IMG/VR virus record: IMGVR_UViG_3300031670_000002
Coordinates: 1 to 52,571 of that record
From: a virus
Lineage: Duplodnaviria; Caudoviricetes
DNA: 52,571 nucleotides
Reading direction: 5' to 3' (one strand)
Of this stretch, positions 26,937-35,540 are shown piece after piece. The translations under genes and the position numbers were made by a program. Each line of letters begins with the position of its first letter. Position 1 is the first letter of the stretch. Below the pieces are notes generated by a model. The model searched no databases, was not told the origin of the DNA, and saw only the letters and a list, made by a program, of their open reading frames with translations.

Positions 26937-27467
26937 ATGGGAACGTATAGCCCGGCGTATGTCGCGCCGTACACGAACACCGGTTCACCCTGGACGAATG
27001 GCGGCGCGCCCGGTATTAGCGCGGCATTTCTCGATGCCATCGAGGGCTGGGTGTACCAGGTCGATAACCCGCCGGATGTGGTGCTGACTGGCACGACGGC
27101 AGGGACGGCTACGCTCTATGAGACGGTGTACGCCAACCGCAAAGAGGTACTGCTGATCTTCGCGGGCTACGAGAATAGCGGCAGCACGCCGCAATCGATT
27201 GTGCTGCCGCACGCCTTCACGTTCATGGCCTGGGCGACGTCCGGCGGCTTTACCACGAGCAGCAGCAACGGCATCCAATTCTTGCTGTCAGGCACGGCGC
27301 AAAGCATCCACACCTGCGGTAGTTTGGCGGGCGGATCGTTCGCCACATCGACGACGCTGCTGCGCTATTGCCCAGGCGCGGAGGTGCTGGCCGGTTTCGA
27401 CACGCTCTCGCTTGAGGGCAGTTATAGCGGCACGGCCTCCGGCATCGTGCGCATTCTCGGCAATTAA
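26937..27467 (+). CDS. Putative tail fibre/structural protein
   Basis: WTNGGAPGISAAFLDAIE N-terminal motif; beta-rich. Confidence 0.6.
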   Translation: MGTYSPAYVAPYTNTGSPWTNGGAPGISAAFLDAIEGWVYQVDNPPDVVLTGTTAGTATLYETVYANRKEVLLIFAGYENSGSTPQSIVLPHAFTFMAWATSGGFTTSSSNGIQFLLSGTAQSIHTCGSLAGGSFATSTTLLRYCPGAEVLAGFDTLSLEGSYSGTASGIVRILGN

Positions 27468-27475
27468 GGAGAGGC

Positions 27476-27664
27476 ATGATGCTTTTGCTGACGCTGGCGC
27501 GCGTCGCCACGGTGCTGATTTTTCTGACGACAGCCGTGGGCGGGCCGTATGCCATCCTGCTGCTGCGGCGCTTTATCGCGGCGCATACGCTGGCGCACGG
27601 CATCCTGATGGCGGAGCTTGAGGCGCTGCGGCGTCGCGTGACGCACCTTGAGGAACGGCTATGA
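27476..27664 (+). CDS. Small membrane protein with coiled coil
   Basis: N-terminal TM; AAGGAG RBS. Confidence 0.55.
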   Translation: MMLLLTLARVATVLIFLTTAVGGPYAILLLRRFIAAHTLAHGILMAELEALRRRVTHLEERL

Positions 27665-27996
27665 CCAGTTGGGTCATGTACCTGACCATCATCAATCTGA
27701 TCGTGATCATCGCGGGCGCGATTGGCGGCTATCTGGCGTACCGGGCGGCGTTTTCGCGCGCGAAGGACGAGATTACCGAGCGCGTGACGGGGCTGCTCAA
27801 AACGGAAAACGAGGTCTTACAACGCCGCGTCAAGACCGTGGAAGGGCGATTGCGCCTGCTGATCAACTGGTTTGCCAAGCAGGGCGTGGTGATTGAATTT
27901 GACGGCGAATCGCTGACGATCCGCGACACGAAAAACGGCGTGACCAGCGTGCATCAGAGCGAAACGCAACCGAGAGAAAGCGAGAAAGAAGTATGA
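27661..27996 (+). CDS. Membrane-anchored coiled-coil protein (holin-like)
   Basis: Single N-terminal TM plus coiled coil. Confidence 0.55.
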   Translation: MTSWVMYLTIINLIVIIAGAIGGYLAYRAAFSRAKDEITERVTGLLKTENEVLQRRVKTVEGRLRLLINWFAKQGVVIEFDGESLTIRDTKNGVTSVHQSETQPRESEKEV

Positions 27997-28610
27997 CAAG
28001 CGAAATCAATGCCAATCCGAATTTTCCCAACGGCCTGTTGCCGCTCTATGACCCGACGAACGGGCAGGATGCGGTAGCATGGCAAGCGTCCTACGTTTCG
28101 ACCGATTCTGCCACGAGCATCAAGTACGCGGCGGGGGTGATGGTTGATAAAGTAACTAACGCGATCCTGGCAGGCAAAGCCTTTGTTGCGTCAACCGGCT
28201 CGCAGACCAGTTCCGGCACGTTTACCGAAGGTCTGTCCGTCTTTAATCCGACGGGTTCTGGGAAGACGCTGTACTTTTTCAGCGCGAAGGTTGGGGTGGC
28301 ATCGGCGCGGATACACAGTCTGTACCTCGTGCCAACCACCGATCCGGCGTTGGGGACGGCGATCACGCCGATCAACGGACTGGCAGGCGGTAGCGCGTCG
28401 GTTGCCAGCGCATCCTACACCAATGCGGGCGCAAACATCTCGACCAGCGGCGATACGCTCATTGAAACGCTGTACACGCTGGCCGACAATACGACGGACT
28501 TTTTGGATGTCGATGAGGTCAAAGTGTGTCCGCCCGGCTATGGCATACTGATGGCCGTCTCGACGGCGACCAATGCCTGGGCGGCAACACTCAAATGGTG
28601 GGAAGCCTAG
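27993..28610 (+). CDS. Hypothetical beta-rich (structural-like) protein
   Basis: Thr/Ser/Ala-rich; NPTGSGKTLY...WWE. Confidence 0.6.
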   Translation: MTSEINANPNFPNGLLPLYDPTNGQDAVAWQASYVSTDSATSIKYAAGVMVDKVTNAILAGKAFVASTGSQTSSGTFTEGLSVFNPTGSGKTLYFFSAKVGVASARIHSLYLVPTTDPALGTAITPINGLAGGSASVASASYTNAGANISTSGDTLIETLYTLADNTTDFLDVDEVKVCPPGYGILMAVSTATNAWAATLKWWEA

Positions 28611-28699
28611 TCTTTGGCGGTCAGTGTTTCGATGACGGCAATGGCAAGCGCGAGCGCGGTCATTGAAACACTCGCAAGAGCGACGATCAATGATTTCAT
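28607..28699 (-). CDS. 30-aa hydrophobic peptide
   Basis: AAGGAGG RBS; TG-G-TATACT at 28723-28731; MKSLIVALASVSMTALALAIAVIETLTAKD. Confidence 0.55.
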   Translation of the reverse strand: MKSLIVALASVSMTALALAIAVIETLTAKD

Positions 28700-28765
28700 C
28701 AAATACCTCCTTGTTTTTGGGAAGTATACCACATGTGCGCTCGCTCGTGCGTTACATAACTAGGA

Positions 28766-29026
28766 GTGATGAATCGTGAGGGAATCATGCCGTATGCCGT
28801 GAGTCGCGGGCTACGTCGCGTGGCGTTCCAGCCGTTCAACGTCAACACGAACGCGCACATGCCGACGTTCACGCACCCGTGGCGCGCGGCAACCGGCGAT
28901 GAGATTGTGACCTGGAATACGGCGGCGCGGGCGTTCGTGCATGAGCCGCGCTACGAACAGGCGATCTATGAGCGCGTGTGCGACTGCGGCATTGCGCCGG
29001 GCGAAACGTGCAATTGCGCGATGTGA
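28766..29026 (+). CDS. Hypothetical protein with Cys-rich C-terminus
   Basis: ORF track; exact start uncertain. Confidence 0.45.
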   Translation: MMNREGIMPYAVSRGLRRVAFQPFNVNTNAHMPTFTHPWRAATGDEIVTWNTAARAFVHEPRYEQAIYERVCDCGIAPGETCNCAM

Positions 29027-29058
29027 TGGATAGAAAACATCTAAAGGAGAATCGAACT

Positions 29059-29619
29059 TTGGAGAAAATCCCAACGTTGTTTGTGCGTAACCCTGACAAC
29101 ATGAAGCTCGTGACACGCGAAGTCAACCCTGACGCTGCATGGGTGTTAGCAGGTGAGGGCGTTCCTACTGTGAAGAAAGATGGCACGAATGTTCGGGTTA
29201 CGGTTGTCTCTGAAAAAGTGACCTTTGTCGAGAAGCGGCGCAATCCGACCCGCGAAGAGAAAGCCAACGGCGCTGAGCCGGGCTATGTGGAAGCGCGGCG
29301 CGACGATCCGGCGGATCGGCATATCTTTGCCGCCGTCGATAACACGCACTACATTGGCTGGCCTGATGGCGCGTGGCCGTGCGAAGCGTTAGGGCCGAAA
29401 ATACAGGGCGGCGTCGAATCGCCGTATCCGGTGCTGTATCCCTTTGCGCTTGCGCCGATTTCATTGCCATCCTGGGAAAATCCGCGTACCTGGGGAGAAC
29501 TCCTGGACTATCTGGGAACGCACGAATTTGAGGGTATTGTGTGGCATCATCCCGACGGGCGCATGGCAAAAATCAAACGCCGCGATTTTGGCTTGCCCTG
29601 GCCGGCACAAAGGAGATGA
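29059..29619 (+). CDS. RNA ligase-like nucleotidyltransferase (DUF5565/RLIG1-like)
   Basis: Motif I KKDGT, EALGPKIQG, EGIVWH, MAKIK; AAGGAG RBS with TTG start. Confidence 0.75.
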   Translation: MEKIPTLFVRNPDNMKLVTREVNPDAAWVLAGEGVPTVKKDGTNVRVTVVSEKVTFVEKRRNPTREEKANGAEPGYVEARRDDPADRHIFAAVDNTHYIGWPDGAWPCEALGPKIQGGVESPYPVLYPFALAPISLPSWENPRTWGELLDYLGTHEFEGIVWHHPDGRMAKIKRRDFGLPWPAQRR

Positions 29620-29620
29620 T

Positions 29621-30604
29621 ATGGCAACATTGAACGCAAAGGGCGAGGTGTGCGATCTGCTCAGCGTCGATCAGTTCATTCCCGGTCGCTCAGAGTACGA
29701 ATGCGTCGCCTATGCCGCGAGCCTGATCCGTTATGCGGGCGAGCCAAACCACGGGCCGACGGGTACGGTGCTTGAGGCGTCAAACCTGGCGCAATATTGG
29801 TACGGGCGGCTTGAGGGCAGCACCAGCGCGAGCAACACCGCGGGAACGACGCTACCGCAACTCTATACCATGCTGAGCGGTATGGGCCTGGGCTATCACC
29901 CGCTCATCGTCTCGGTGCAGGCCGTCAAGGACGCGCTGGCGCAGGGCTATCCGGTGCTGGCATGTGGTGCGGAGAGCGGAATGCACGATCTGGCGCTGGG
30001 CGATATCGTGCCGTATGCATGGCCGCCGTCGGGCAATCACGCGATTGTGGTGTCAGGCGTGGCGGCGGACGGGAATGTGCTGGTGCATGATACGGCGTCG
30101 ATAGCCGCGACAGGGGTACGTCCTGGGCCGCGCACGTATGACGCAAGCAAGCTACAACTGGTGTCGGCAACGGCGGTCGTATTGCCGTGGATGAACGAAG
30201 CGCGCGGCGTGCCGCGAGGCTGGCATGACGACGGCACGATCTTGACCGCGCCCAACGGCGTCAAGGTTGAGCAGGGCTTCCGCGCCTGGGTGCTGGCGAA
30301 TCACTGGCCCGCCGAGAACGAGCCGCTTGACGACGCGCATATGGTCGCGCAACTTGAAGCATCGAATCCCGGATTAGGCGGCGGCACGCAGCAGTTCTTC
30401 CGTGAGTGCGTGCTGGAATGGACACAGGATCGCGGCGTGTTCGTGATGTGGGTCGGCGTCGAACTGCTCAAAGCGCGCCTACAAGCCGTGGCGTATTATA
30501 CCGCGCTAGAGCAAGCCAAAGCCGATTACACGACACTGCAAGCGGCGCAGCCGGATAGCGCGCTGCAAGCCAAGATCGCGGCGGCATTGAAGGATTTGAG
30601 TTAG
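29621..30604 (+). CDS. Putative endolysin (papain-like/C39-like peptidase plus C-terminal binding domain)
   Basis: Cys (YECV), His (NHAIVV) and Asp (VHD) in papain-fold order; lysis-module position. Confidence 0.7.
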   Translation: MATLNAKGEVCDLLSVDQFIPGRSEYECVAYAASLIRYAGEPNHGPTGTVLEASNLAQYWYGRLEGSTSASNTAGTTLPQLYTMLSGMGLGYHPLIVSVQAVKDALAQGYPVLACGAESGMHDLALGDIVPYAWPPSGNHAIVVSGVAADGNVLVHDTASIAATGVRPGPRTYDASKLQLVSATAVVLPWMNEARGVPRGWHDDGTILTAPNGVKVEQGFRAWVLANHWPAENEPLDDAHMVAQLEASNPGLGGGTQQFFRECVLEWTQDRGVFVMWVGVELLKARLQAVAYYTALEQAKADYTTLQAAQPDSALQAKIAAALKDLS

Positions 30605-30876
30605 TCGAGCGGCGGGAGTGCGGTGAGGTCGGGGATCGTTTCGAGTACAATCTCCGGATCAATACCTGCATAGCGTGGGACATAGGTAAGCGCGTGCGCC
30701 ACGAGGTCATAGGTGCGTTTGGCGATGAGTTGCTCAACCTTTATGCGCCACTGCTCAGTATAGTCGGGAGTAAGCATATCATTGATGCTGGTTTCATCGT
30801 CTCTGGCAAGCTGGAGAAAGTCGTCATAGAGCAATCGTGCAAACTCGGCAAACTTGGTTTCTCGTTCGTTTGGCAT
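30601..30876 (-). CDS. Hypothetical protein inserted antisense in the lysis module
   Basis: GAGG RBS; lower GC. Confidence 0.55.
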   Translation of the reverse strand: MPNERETKFAEFARLLYDDFLQLARDDETSINDMLTPDYTEQWRIKVEQLIAKRTYDLVAHALTYVPRYAGIDPEIVLETIPDLTALPPLD

Positions 30877-30925
30877 AGGTTTCCTCACTTTTCGTTGTGA
30901 GGATTATAACACAGGAGGTCTCATT

Positions 30926-31492
30926 ATGATGAACAAAGTACGCATCACGTCGTCAATGGATGTGGTGATCCACGGCGCGCTGTCGCTGCTGTTCGGCCTG
31001 GTGTCGAGCGGCGTGGTTGCCGGTGGGCAGGCGGTGCTGCAAACCGGCACGAATACGCCGGTGATTGCGACGGCGGGCGTGATCGGCTTTCTCGCGCCGT
31101 TCCTGCACGGCTTCATCGCGCTCGTGCAAAGCCCGCAGGCGGCGCAAGCGGTGAGCGATGTGCGAGCGGAGGCCGTCGCAGCACTCGACAGTCGCCTTTC
31201 GGCGCTGGAACACGCAGCACTCGACAGTCGCCTTTCGGCGCTGGAACACGCAGCATTATCGCGCCTGGACGCGCTGGAGGCACGCTATCCAGTTGCGGAT
31301 AGCGCGGTACGGGCATTGTGGGCTGCCGCGCAAACGCCCGTACAATCGCAGGCCGCACCGAATCCAACTGCCGCCAGTCTGACGATGCCGCCATCTGCAC
31401 TGCCAGCCCCTACAGCGCAACAGGCGTTTGGCGCGCAGCCGTGGGCCATGCAGCAGAGCATTCCGATTGGCGCTGTGCCGCCGCGCGGATAA
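30926..31492 (+). CDS. Holin-like membrane protein
   Basis: Two N-terminal TM segments, AGGAGG RBS, follows the lysin. Confidence 0.6.
   Translation: MMNKVRITSSMDVVIHGALSLLFGLVSSGVVAGGQAVLQTGTNTPVIATAGVIGFLAPFLHGFIALVQSPQAAQAVSDVRAEAVAALDSRLSALEHAALDSRLSALEHAALSRLDALEARYPVADSAVRALWAAAQTPVQSQAAPNPTAASLTMPPSALPAPTAQQAFGAQPWAMQQSIPIGAVPPRG
31178..31249 (+). repeat. Perfect 36-bp tandem duplication (AALDSRLSALEH x2)
   Basis: gcagcactcgacagtcgcctttcggcgctggaacac twice. Confidence 0.95.
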
Positions 31493-31495
31493 GCA

Positions 31496-31532
31496 CAACA
31501 AAAACGCCCGATCCGTGTGGCCGGATCGGGCG
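31496..31532 (-). terminator. Intrinsic terminator at the convergent late/early junction
   Basis: 11-bp stem cgcccgatccg/cggatcgggcg with an A-rich tract on the left (U-tract on the minus strand). Confidence 0.75.
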
Positions 31533-31552
31533 CGTGGGCGGGATGATGAGGG

Positions 31553-31759
31553 CTAGTCCGCGACTTTTTCTAAGCGGACTTCCTCAATTTTATATCCCCG
31601 CGTGGCAGGGAACTGATTATTAAGCAGGGCATTCGCTTGCTCATTTGCTGCTTGCTCAGTAGCGGCTTCAATCGGCAGATCGCCGAAAGAATAATTATCC
31701 TGAGGAGAACGAAACTCCCCTGCTTGATAGATTTCATACGATGCGATAAACTTTGCCAT
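31553..31759 (-). CDS. Hypothetical protein
   Basis: AAAGGA RBS. Confidence 0.55.
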   Translation of the reverse strand: MAKFIASYEIYQAGEFRSPQDNYSFGDLPIEAATEQAANEQANALLNNQFPATRGYKIEEVRLEKVAD

Positions 31760-31818
31760 TGTCTTTTTCCTTTCGCCGTGTCTGCTTGCCCGCGTAGCCC
31801 ACGGGCGGGCGTTGCTAC

Positions 31819-32127
31819 CTACTTGTGGTACACTTGCCCGTCTACGAGTGGGACAAGAGAACACGTATCAGGATACGGTTCCCACTGATCTTCTTTCCCC
31901 TCAATAAGGGAAAGTTCTGAGTTCCAGTGGTAGGTAGTATTATTCCACTTCCAGGCTTGCTTCACAGCGAAGCCTTTGGAGTGAATCCACCCCAGGACAT
32001 CGCCCGCATATCCCTGGCGAAACCAGAGGCGATCTTTGAGTTCGCTGTTCTGGACATTACGAACGCGCACAAATTCCTCAAGTAACTCCGCAGGAGTCCA
32101 CTGATCCAGCAAAATTGCCTGTGTCAT
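31819..32127 (-). CDS. Hypothetical protein
   Basis: First ORF after the promoter at 32216-32244. Confidence 0.55.
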   Translation of the reverse strand: MTQAILLDQWTPAELLEEFVRVRNVQNSELKDRLWFRQGYAGDVLGWIHSKGFAVKQAWKWNNTTYHWNSELSLIEGKEDQWEPYPDTCSLVPLVDGQVYHK

Positions 32128-32213
32128 GATTTCTCTCGCTTTCTTGCCGCTTTGCGCGGCCTTGTGGGGACTGGCCCCGACTGTGGGAACTCGCTTGTTC
32201 CCTCTCATTGATC

Positions 32214-32244
32214 ACATTGTATCAGAAAACTGATACAATGTCAA
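32214..32244 (-). promoter_or_regulatory. sigma70 promoter overlapped by a palindromic operator
   Basis: TTGACA-N17-TACAAT; ACATTGTATCAG-AAAA-CTGATACAATGT. Confidence 0.85.
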
Positions 32245-32480
32245 GGGGTTTGGAGAGCAATTTGCTGCTCTCCTGAAAACTCGCGTGCGCCCGCTTGCTG
32301 GATGCCAGCTTTGGCGGCGATGCGAGCGGCACGTCGCCATTGCGCGGGATCATCGCCACGGGCTGCGAGCGCGGATTGCAGGCGCTCAATATCCGCCTGC
32401 GAGAGGTAGATATTGAGGCCGATACCGCGGCCCGCTTTGGCCGCGTAGGTGTTGCCCGCGGGCGCGCCTTTTCCTGCCAT
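32241..32480 (-). CDS. Small DNA-binding protein (ribbon-helix-helix-like)
   Basis: GAPAGNTYAAK...LNIYLSQADIERL. Confidence 0.5.
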   Translation of the reverse strand: MAGKGAPAGNTYAAKAGRGIGLNIYLSQADIERLQSALAARGDDPAQWRRAARIAAKAGIQQAGAREFSGEQQIALQTP

Positions 32481-32535
32481 ACGTTTCAACCTCTTACGAG
32501 AACGGGGCTGATCGCACCAGCCCGGAGACGATTTG

Positions 32536-32730
32536 CTACTCAACAGAAACAACCGCCGTTACTTTGCCGGAAAGACCGGCTTGACGCTTTGCATCCTGGC
32601 GACTACCCGCCAGAACGAACTTGACAGATTTTCCATTAGACACTTTCCATTGCCGGACATCGCCCGGCTTATTGGGGGTGTTCGCGGCCATACGGGCCGC
32701 ATGGTTGGGATACCCACCATACTTTGCCAT
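32536..32730 (-). CDS. Small basic hypothetical protein
   Basis: GAGG RBS; follows the upstream stop. Confidence 0.5.
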   Translation of the reverse strand: MAKYGGYPNHAARMAANTPNKPGDVRQWKVSNGKSVKFVLAGSRQDAKRQAGLSGKVTAVVSVE

Positions 32731-32731
32731 G

Positions 32732-33058
32732 TTACTTTTCCTCTTTCTTTTGTTGGTAGCGCGCCTTTTGGTAGGCGCGGACACGGTCACGATACGCGGG
32801 ATTGTTCGCATAGTTGCGCCGCGCTAGCTCCCGCCTGTAGGCGCGGTACTGCTCAGGATGGCGCGCTTTGTAGCGGCGCTGTTTCGCAACATCTCGCTCC
32901 CGTTTATACGCGGGCGACTTGTGCGGTTTGGCGTTGATGCGCGCCTTATTTTTCTGATACCACGCCGCCTGATAGGCGTGGCGGCAGGCTTTACAGATGT
33001 TGCCAGTGGCGGGAAATGGGCCGCTCCCGCCACACTTGGAGCAAACTTTCTCTTCCAT
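32732..33058 (-). CDS. Zinc-finger basic protein
   Basis: CSKC...CKAC plus Arg/Tyr-rich helix. Confidence 0.65.
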   Translation of the reverse strand: MEEKVCSKCGGSGPFPATGNICKACRHAYQAAWYQKNKARINAKPHKSPAYKRERDVAKQRRYKARHPEQYRAYRRELARRNYANNPAYRDRVRAYQKARYQQKKEEK

Positions 33059-33489
33059 TAGAAATTCTCAGAGAGGATATCGCTCAGGGAGATTGCCTCA
33101 TCCTCTTCGTAATCCCCATCCTCATCAAAGGATGTGGCACGAAGCCCGCCGATAACACGCCATTCGGCGGTTTCGATGAGACGCTCGATCCGCGTGGCGG
33201 CGCGGGGGAAAGACTCTTGGGGATTTTCGATTTGCTTCTCAAGCACGAGGACTAATCCGTCCTCGCAAGCGAACTCTTTATACGAGAGTCCGATACCGGA
33301 GATATCGGTCACGTACAGGGAACCCGCGCCCTGGACGTACTCAGAGAAATCGCCATCGGGGTCGCTCTGACCCCAGAGAACGATCTGGCCGTTCTCGGAC
33401 TGGCCGATGAGCTTGCGGAGCGTCGCGCCCTGGACGCCGTGAAAGCGGTAGTTGTCGCTGTGTTTGGTGAGAAGCTGTTCGATATCCAT
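33058..33489 (-). CDS. Acidic hypothetical protein
   Basis: AAGGAG RBS after a promoter. Confidence 0.65.
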   Translation of the reverse strand: MDIEQLLTKHSDNYRFHGVQGATLRKLIGQSENGQIVLWGQSDPDGDFSEYVQGAGSLYVTDISGIGLSYKEFACEDGLVLVLEKQIENPQESFPRAATRIERLIETAEWRVIGGLRATSFDEDGDYEEDEAISLSDILSENF

Positions 33490-33531
33490 TTTCAATCTCC
33501 TTGATGTTTTTGTTCTCTCTCTTACTCTCTA

Positions 33532-33560
33532 ATTATATCAGAAAACAGATACAATGTCAA
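33532..33560 (-). promoter_or_regulatory. Consensus sigma70 promoter with an operator related to 32214-32241
   Basis: TTGACA-TTGTATCTGTTTTCTGA-TATAAT. Confidence 0.85.
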
Positions 33561-33641
33561 GGGATTTGACATGAGTTTTGGGCAATCTGGAAATATTCGT
33601 GAAAACTCGCAAGCACCTCTGGGGAATGTGGCAAGGAAGTG

Positions 33642-33812
33642 CTACTCGGCAAACTCTTGCGCGCGCCTGATGCCATAGTCGCCCGCACGCAAGCGCGCTG
33701 CCGCCTCTTCGGGCGTGCGCCCCGTCGCCCACAGGCCGCCGTAACGCCGGTAGTCGGCAAAGACGGCGACAAAACTGCGATGATCATACTGGTAGACGAA
33801 GACGATCATCAT
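33642..33812 (-). CDS. 56-aa protein, paralogue A (HicB N-domain-like)
   Basis: [41 protein letters not shown]; ATGA-coupled to the sigma gene. Confidence 0.6.
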   Translation of the reverse strand: MMIVFVYQYDHRSFVAVFADYRRYGGLWATGRTPEEAAARLRAGDYGIRRAQEFAE

Positions 33813-34681
33813 GCTTCGGCCATGTCGCGCTGCTGGCGGAGCGCGCGTTTGAGTGTGGTTTCCAGCGCCTTGATGGCGATTTGGCGCACGCGCTCCCTGG
33901 TCACGCCGATTTCTTCGCTCATCTCTTCCAGTGTGCGCTCGCCCGCCCCGTCCAGCCCGTAGCGCAACGTGACGACTTTTCGTGTACGCGCGTCAAGCTG
34001 CGCAAGCGCGCGCTGCACTTGCTCCTCTAGGATAGCTTGCGCGGCCTGATCATCAGGCGTGCTGGCGGGATCGACCAGCGTGTCGCCCAATGACCAGCCG
34101 TTGAAATCATCCTGATCCAACGGAATATCCAATGATACCGGCTCTTTATCCCATGATAAATATTCATAGATTTCAGCTTCTGGCATGTCCATTGCTGTAG
34201 CCAGTTCTACGACGCTCGGTTCTCGGTTGAGATCATCTGTCAACAGGTTGAACGTCTTTTTGATTTTCTTGAGGATTTCATGGCGATAGACAGGCAAGGC
34301 AATAGGCCGGTAGCGTTCTGGGAGCGCGCGCTGGATCGCTTGGCGGATCCAATTCGTCGCCATCGTCGAGAAACGCGTGCCACGGCTATAGTCAAATCTC
34401 TCGACGGCTTTCATCAAGCCCAGATTGCCCTCCTGGATGAGGTCAAGCAATAGCGCCGGGTTGTTGTGGCTATAGGCTTTGGCGATAGAAACAACCAGGC
34501 GCAAATTGGCTTCGATGAACTGCTGGCGGGCTTGCATATCGCCTTGCGCTATCTGCCTTGCAAGGGATTGCTCTTCATCGGCTGTGAGTAGGGGATACGC
34601 GGCTATCTCTTTCAAATACGCACGGATATCGTCGTACATATCCGTAGCTACCTCAAGATGTGGCGCGATGCGTCTGGGCAT
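33809..34681 (-). CDS. RNA polymerase sigma-70 factor (RpoD/SigA-like; regions 1.2, 2, 3, 4)
   Basis: [49 protein letters not shown]; GGAGGAGG RBS. Confidence 0.95.
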   Translation of the reverse strand: MPRRIAPHLEVATDMYDDIRAYLKEIAAYPLLTADEEQSLARQIAQGDMQARQQFIEANLRLVVSIAKAYSHNNPALLLDLIQEGNLGLMKAVERFDYSRGTRFSTMATNWIRQAIQRALPERYRPIALPVYRHEILKKIKKTFNLLTDDLNREPSVVELATAMDMPEAEIYEYLSWDKEPVSLDIPLDQDDFNGWSLGDTLVDPASTPDDQAAQAILEEQVQRALAQLDARTRKVVTLRYGLDGAGERTLEEMSEEIGVTRERVRQIAIKALETTLKRALRQQRDMAEA

Positions 34682-34919
34682 GTCAATCCTCCTCCTCTTT
34701 TGACCAGAGATATTGCACAATTTTTCACAACAACAGCGTGATACCGGCCAGCCACGCGAAGCCAAGTGCCGAACCGGCATACACTAACCACGGCGGAAGT
34801 ATGATAATCATCCGATGCCTATCCCGTGCGCGACGATATAAAACACGACAATAATCACGGCGGCGGCAAAGGCCAGCGCGCATGTCGCGCACAAAAAATG
34901 TATCAGGACAATCTACGAA

Positions 34920-35198
34920 TTACGACGGGAACACTTCATCGAACGCGGCGGTAAGCAGGGCATAGGCGGCTTCATAGTCACCCAGGCCGTTACGCTCGGC
35001 ATAGTCACAGGCGCGTTGATAAGCGTCGAATTGCGCTTGCGAGCAGTTCTTTGCGCCGCGCTGGACATAGCCATGCTCGCGTTTGATAGTCGCCAGTGTG
35101 CCGCCTTCGGACACGGCCTTGAAGGCATAGCGCCCTCGGATCATCGGCTCTGCCGCCAGCTTTGCCAACTGCTCACGCAGCCACGCTTGCCTGTCCAT
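34920..35198 (-). CDS. Hypothetical protein
   Basis: AGGA RBS. Confidence 0.55.
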   Translation of the reverse strand: MDRQAWLREQLAKLAAEPMIRGRYAFKAVSEGGTLATIKREHGYVQRGAKNCSQAQFDAYQRACDYAERNGLGDYEAAYALLTAAFDEVFPS

Positions 35199-35224
35199 AT
35201 GTTCCTGAACCGCTTTGGCTGTTC

Positions 35225-35401
35225 TTAGCGGTACTCAGCAGGCGGCCAATCGGCGGGCTTGCCACGGCCATAGTCACCCGCGAGCAGGCGTGCAACAGCG
35301 CGGCACGGGTCGTAGTCGGTCGCCCACAGGCCGCCGTAGCGCCGATAGTCGGTGAAGACGGCGACAAAACTGCGATGATCATACTGGTAGACGATGATCA
35401 T
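35225..35401 (-). CDS. 58-aa protein, paralogue B
   Basis: [28 protein letters not shown]...; 5' end nearly identical to 33642..33812. Confidence 0.6.
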   Translation of the reverse strand: MIIVYQYDHRSFVAVFTDYRRYGGLWATDYDPCRAVARLLAGDYGRGKPADWPPAEYR

Positions 35402-35540
35402 GCGGATACGTCACGATCCAGCCAGGTGCGGGCGTAGCGGCGGTTATCGGCGTGCTGTAACGCGAGCGCGAAGGTATGCACGCCGCCGGGGTCGCTGTCG
35501 AGCAGCCAACCATAGAAGAGGATCGCATAGAGCAGTCACC

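Noticed and set aside
28255-28270. GSGKT in ORF 27993-28610 as a P-loop ATPase
   Set aside because: No preceding GxxG context or Walker B; the protein is beta-rich and structural-like
26937-28610. Diversity-generating retroelement targeting tail genes
   Set aside because: No reverse transcriptase ORF and no template/variable repeat pair seen
31178-31249. 36-bp repeat as a CRISPR array
   Set aside because: The copies are adjacent with no spacers, are in-frame coding, and no cas genes are present
35536-35538. Genome-wide stop-codon reassignment
   Set aside because: All core genes are intact in the standard code, and TGA, TAG and TAA are all used as normal stops
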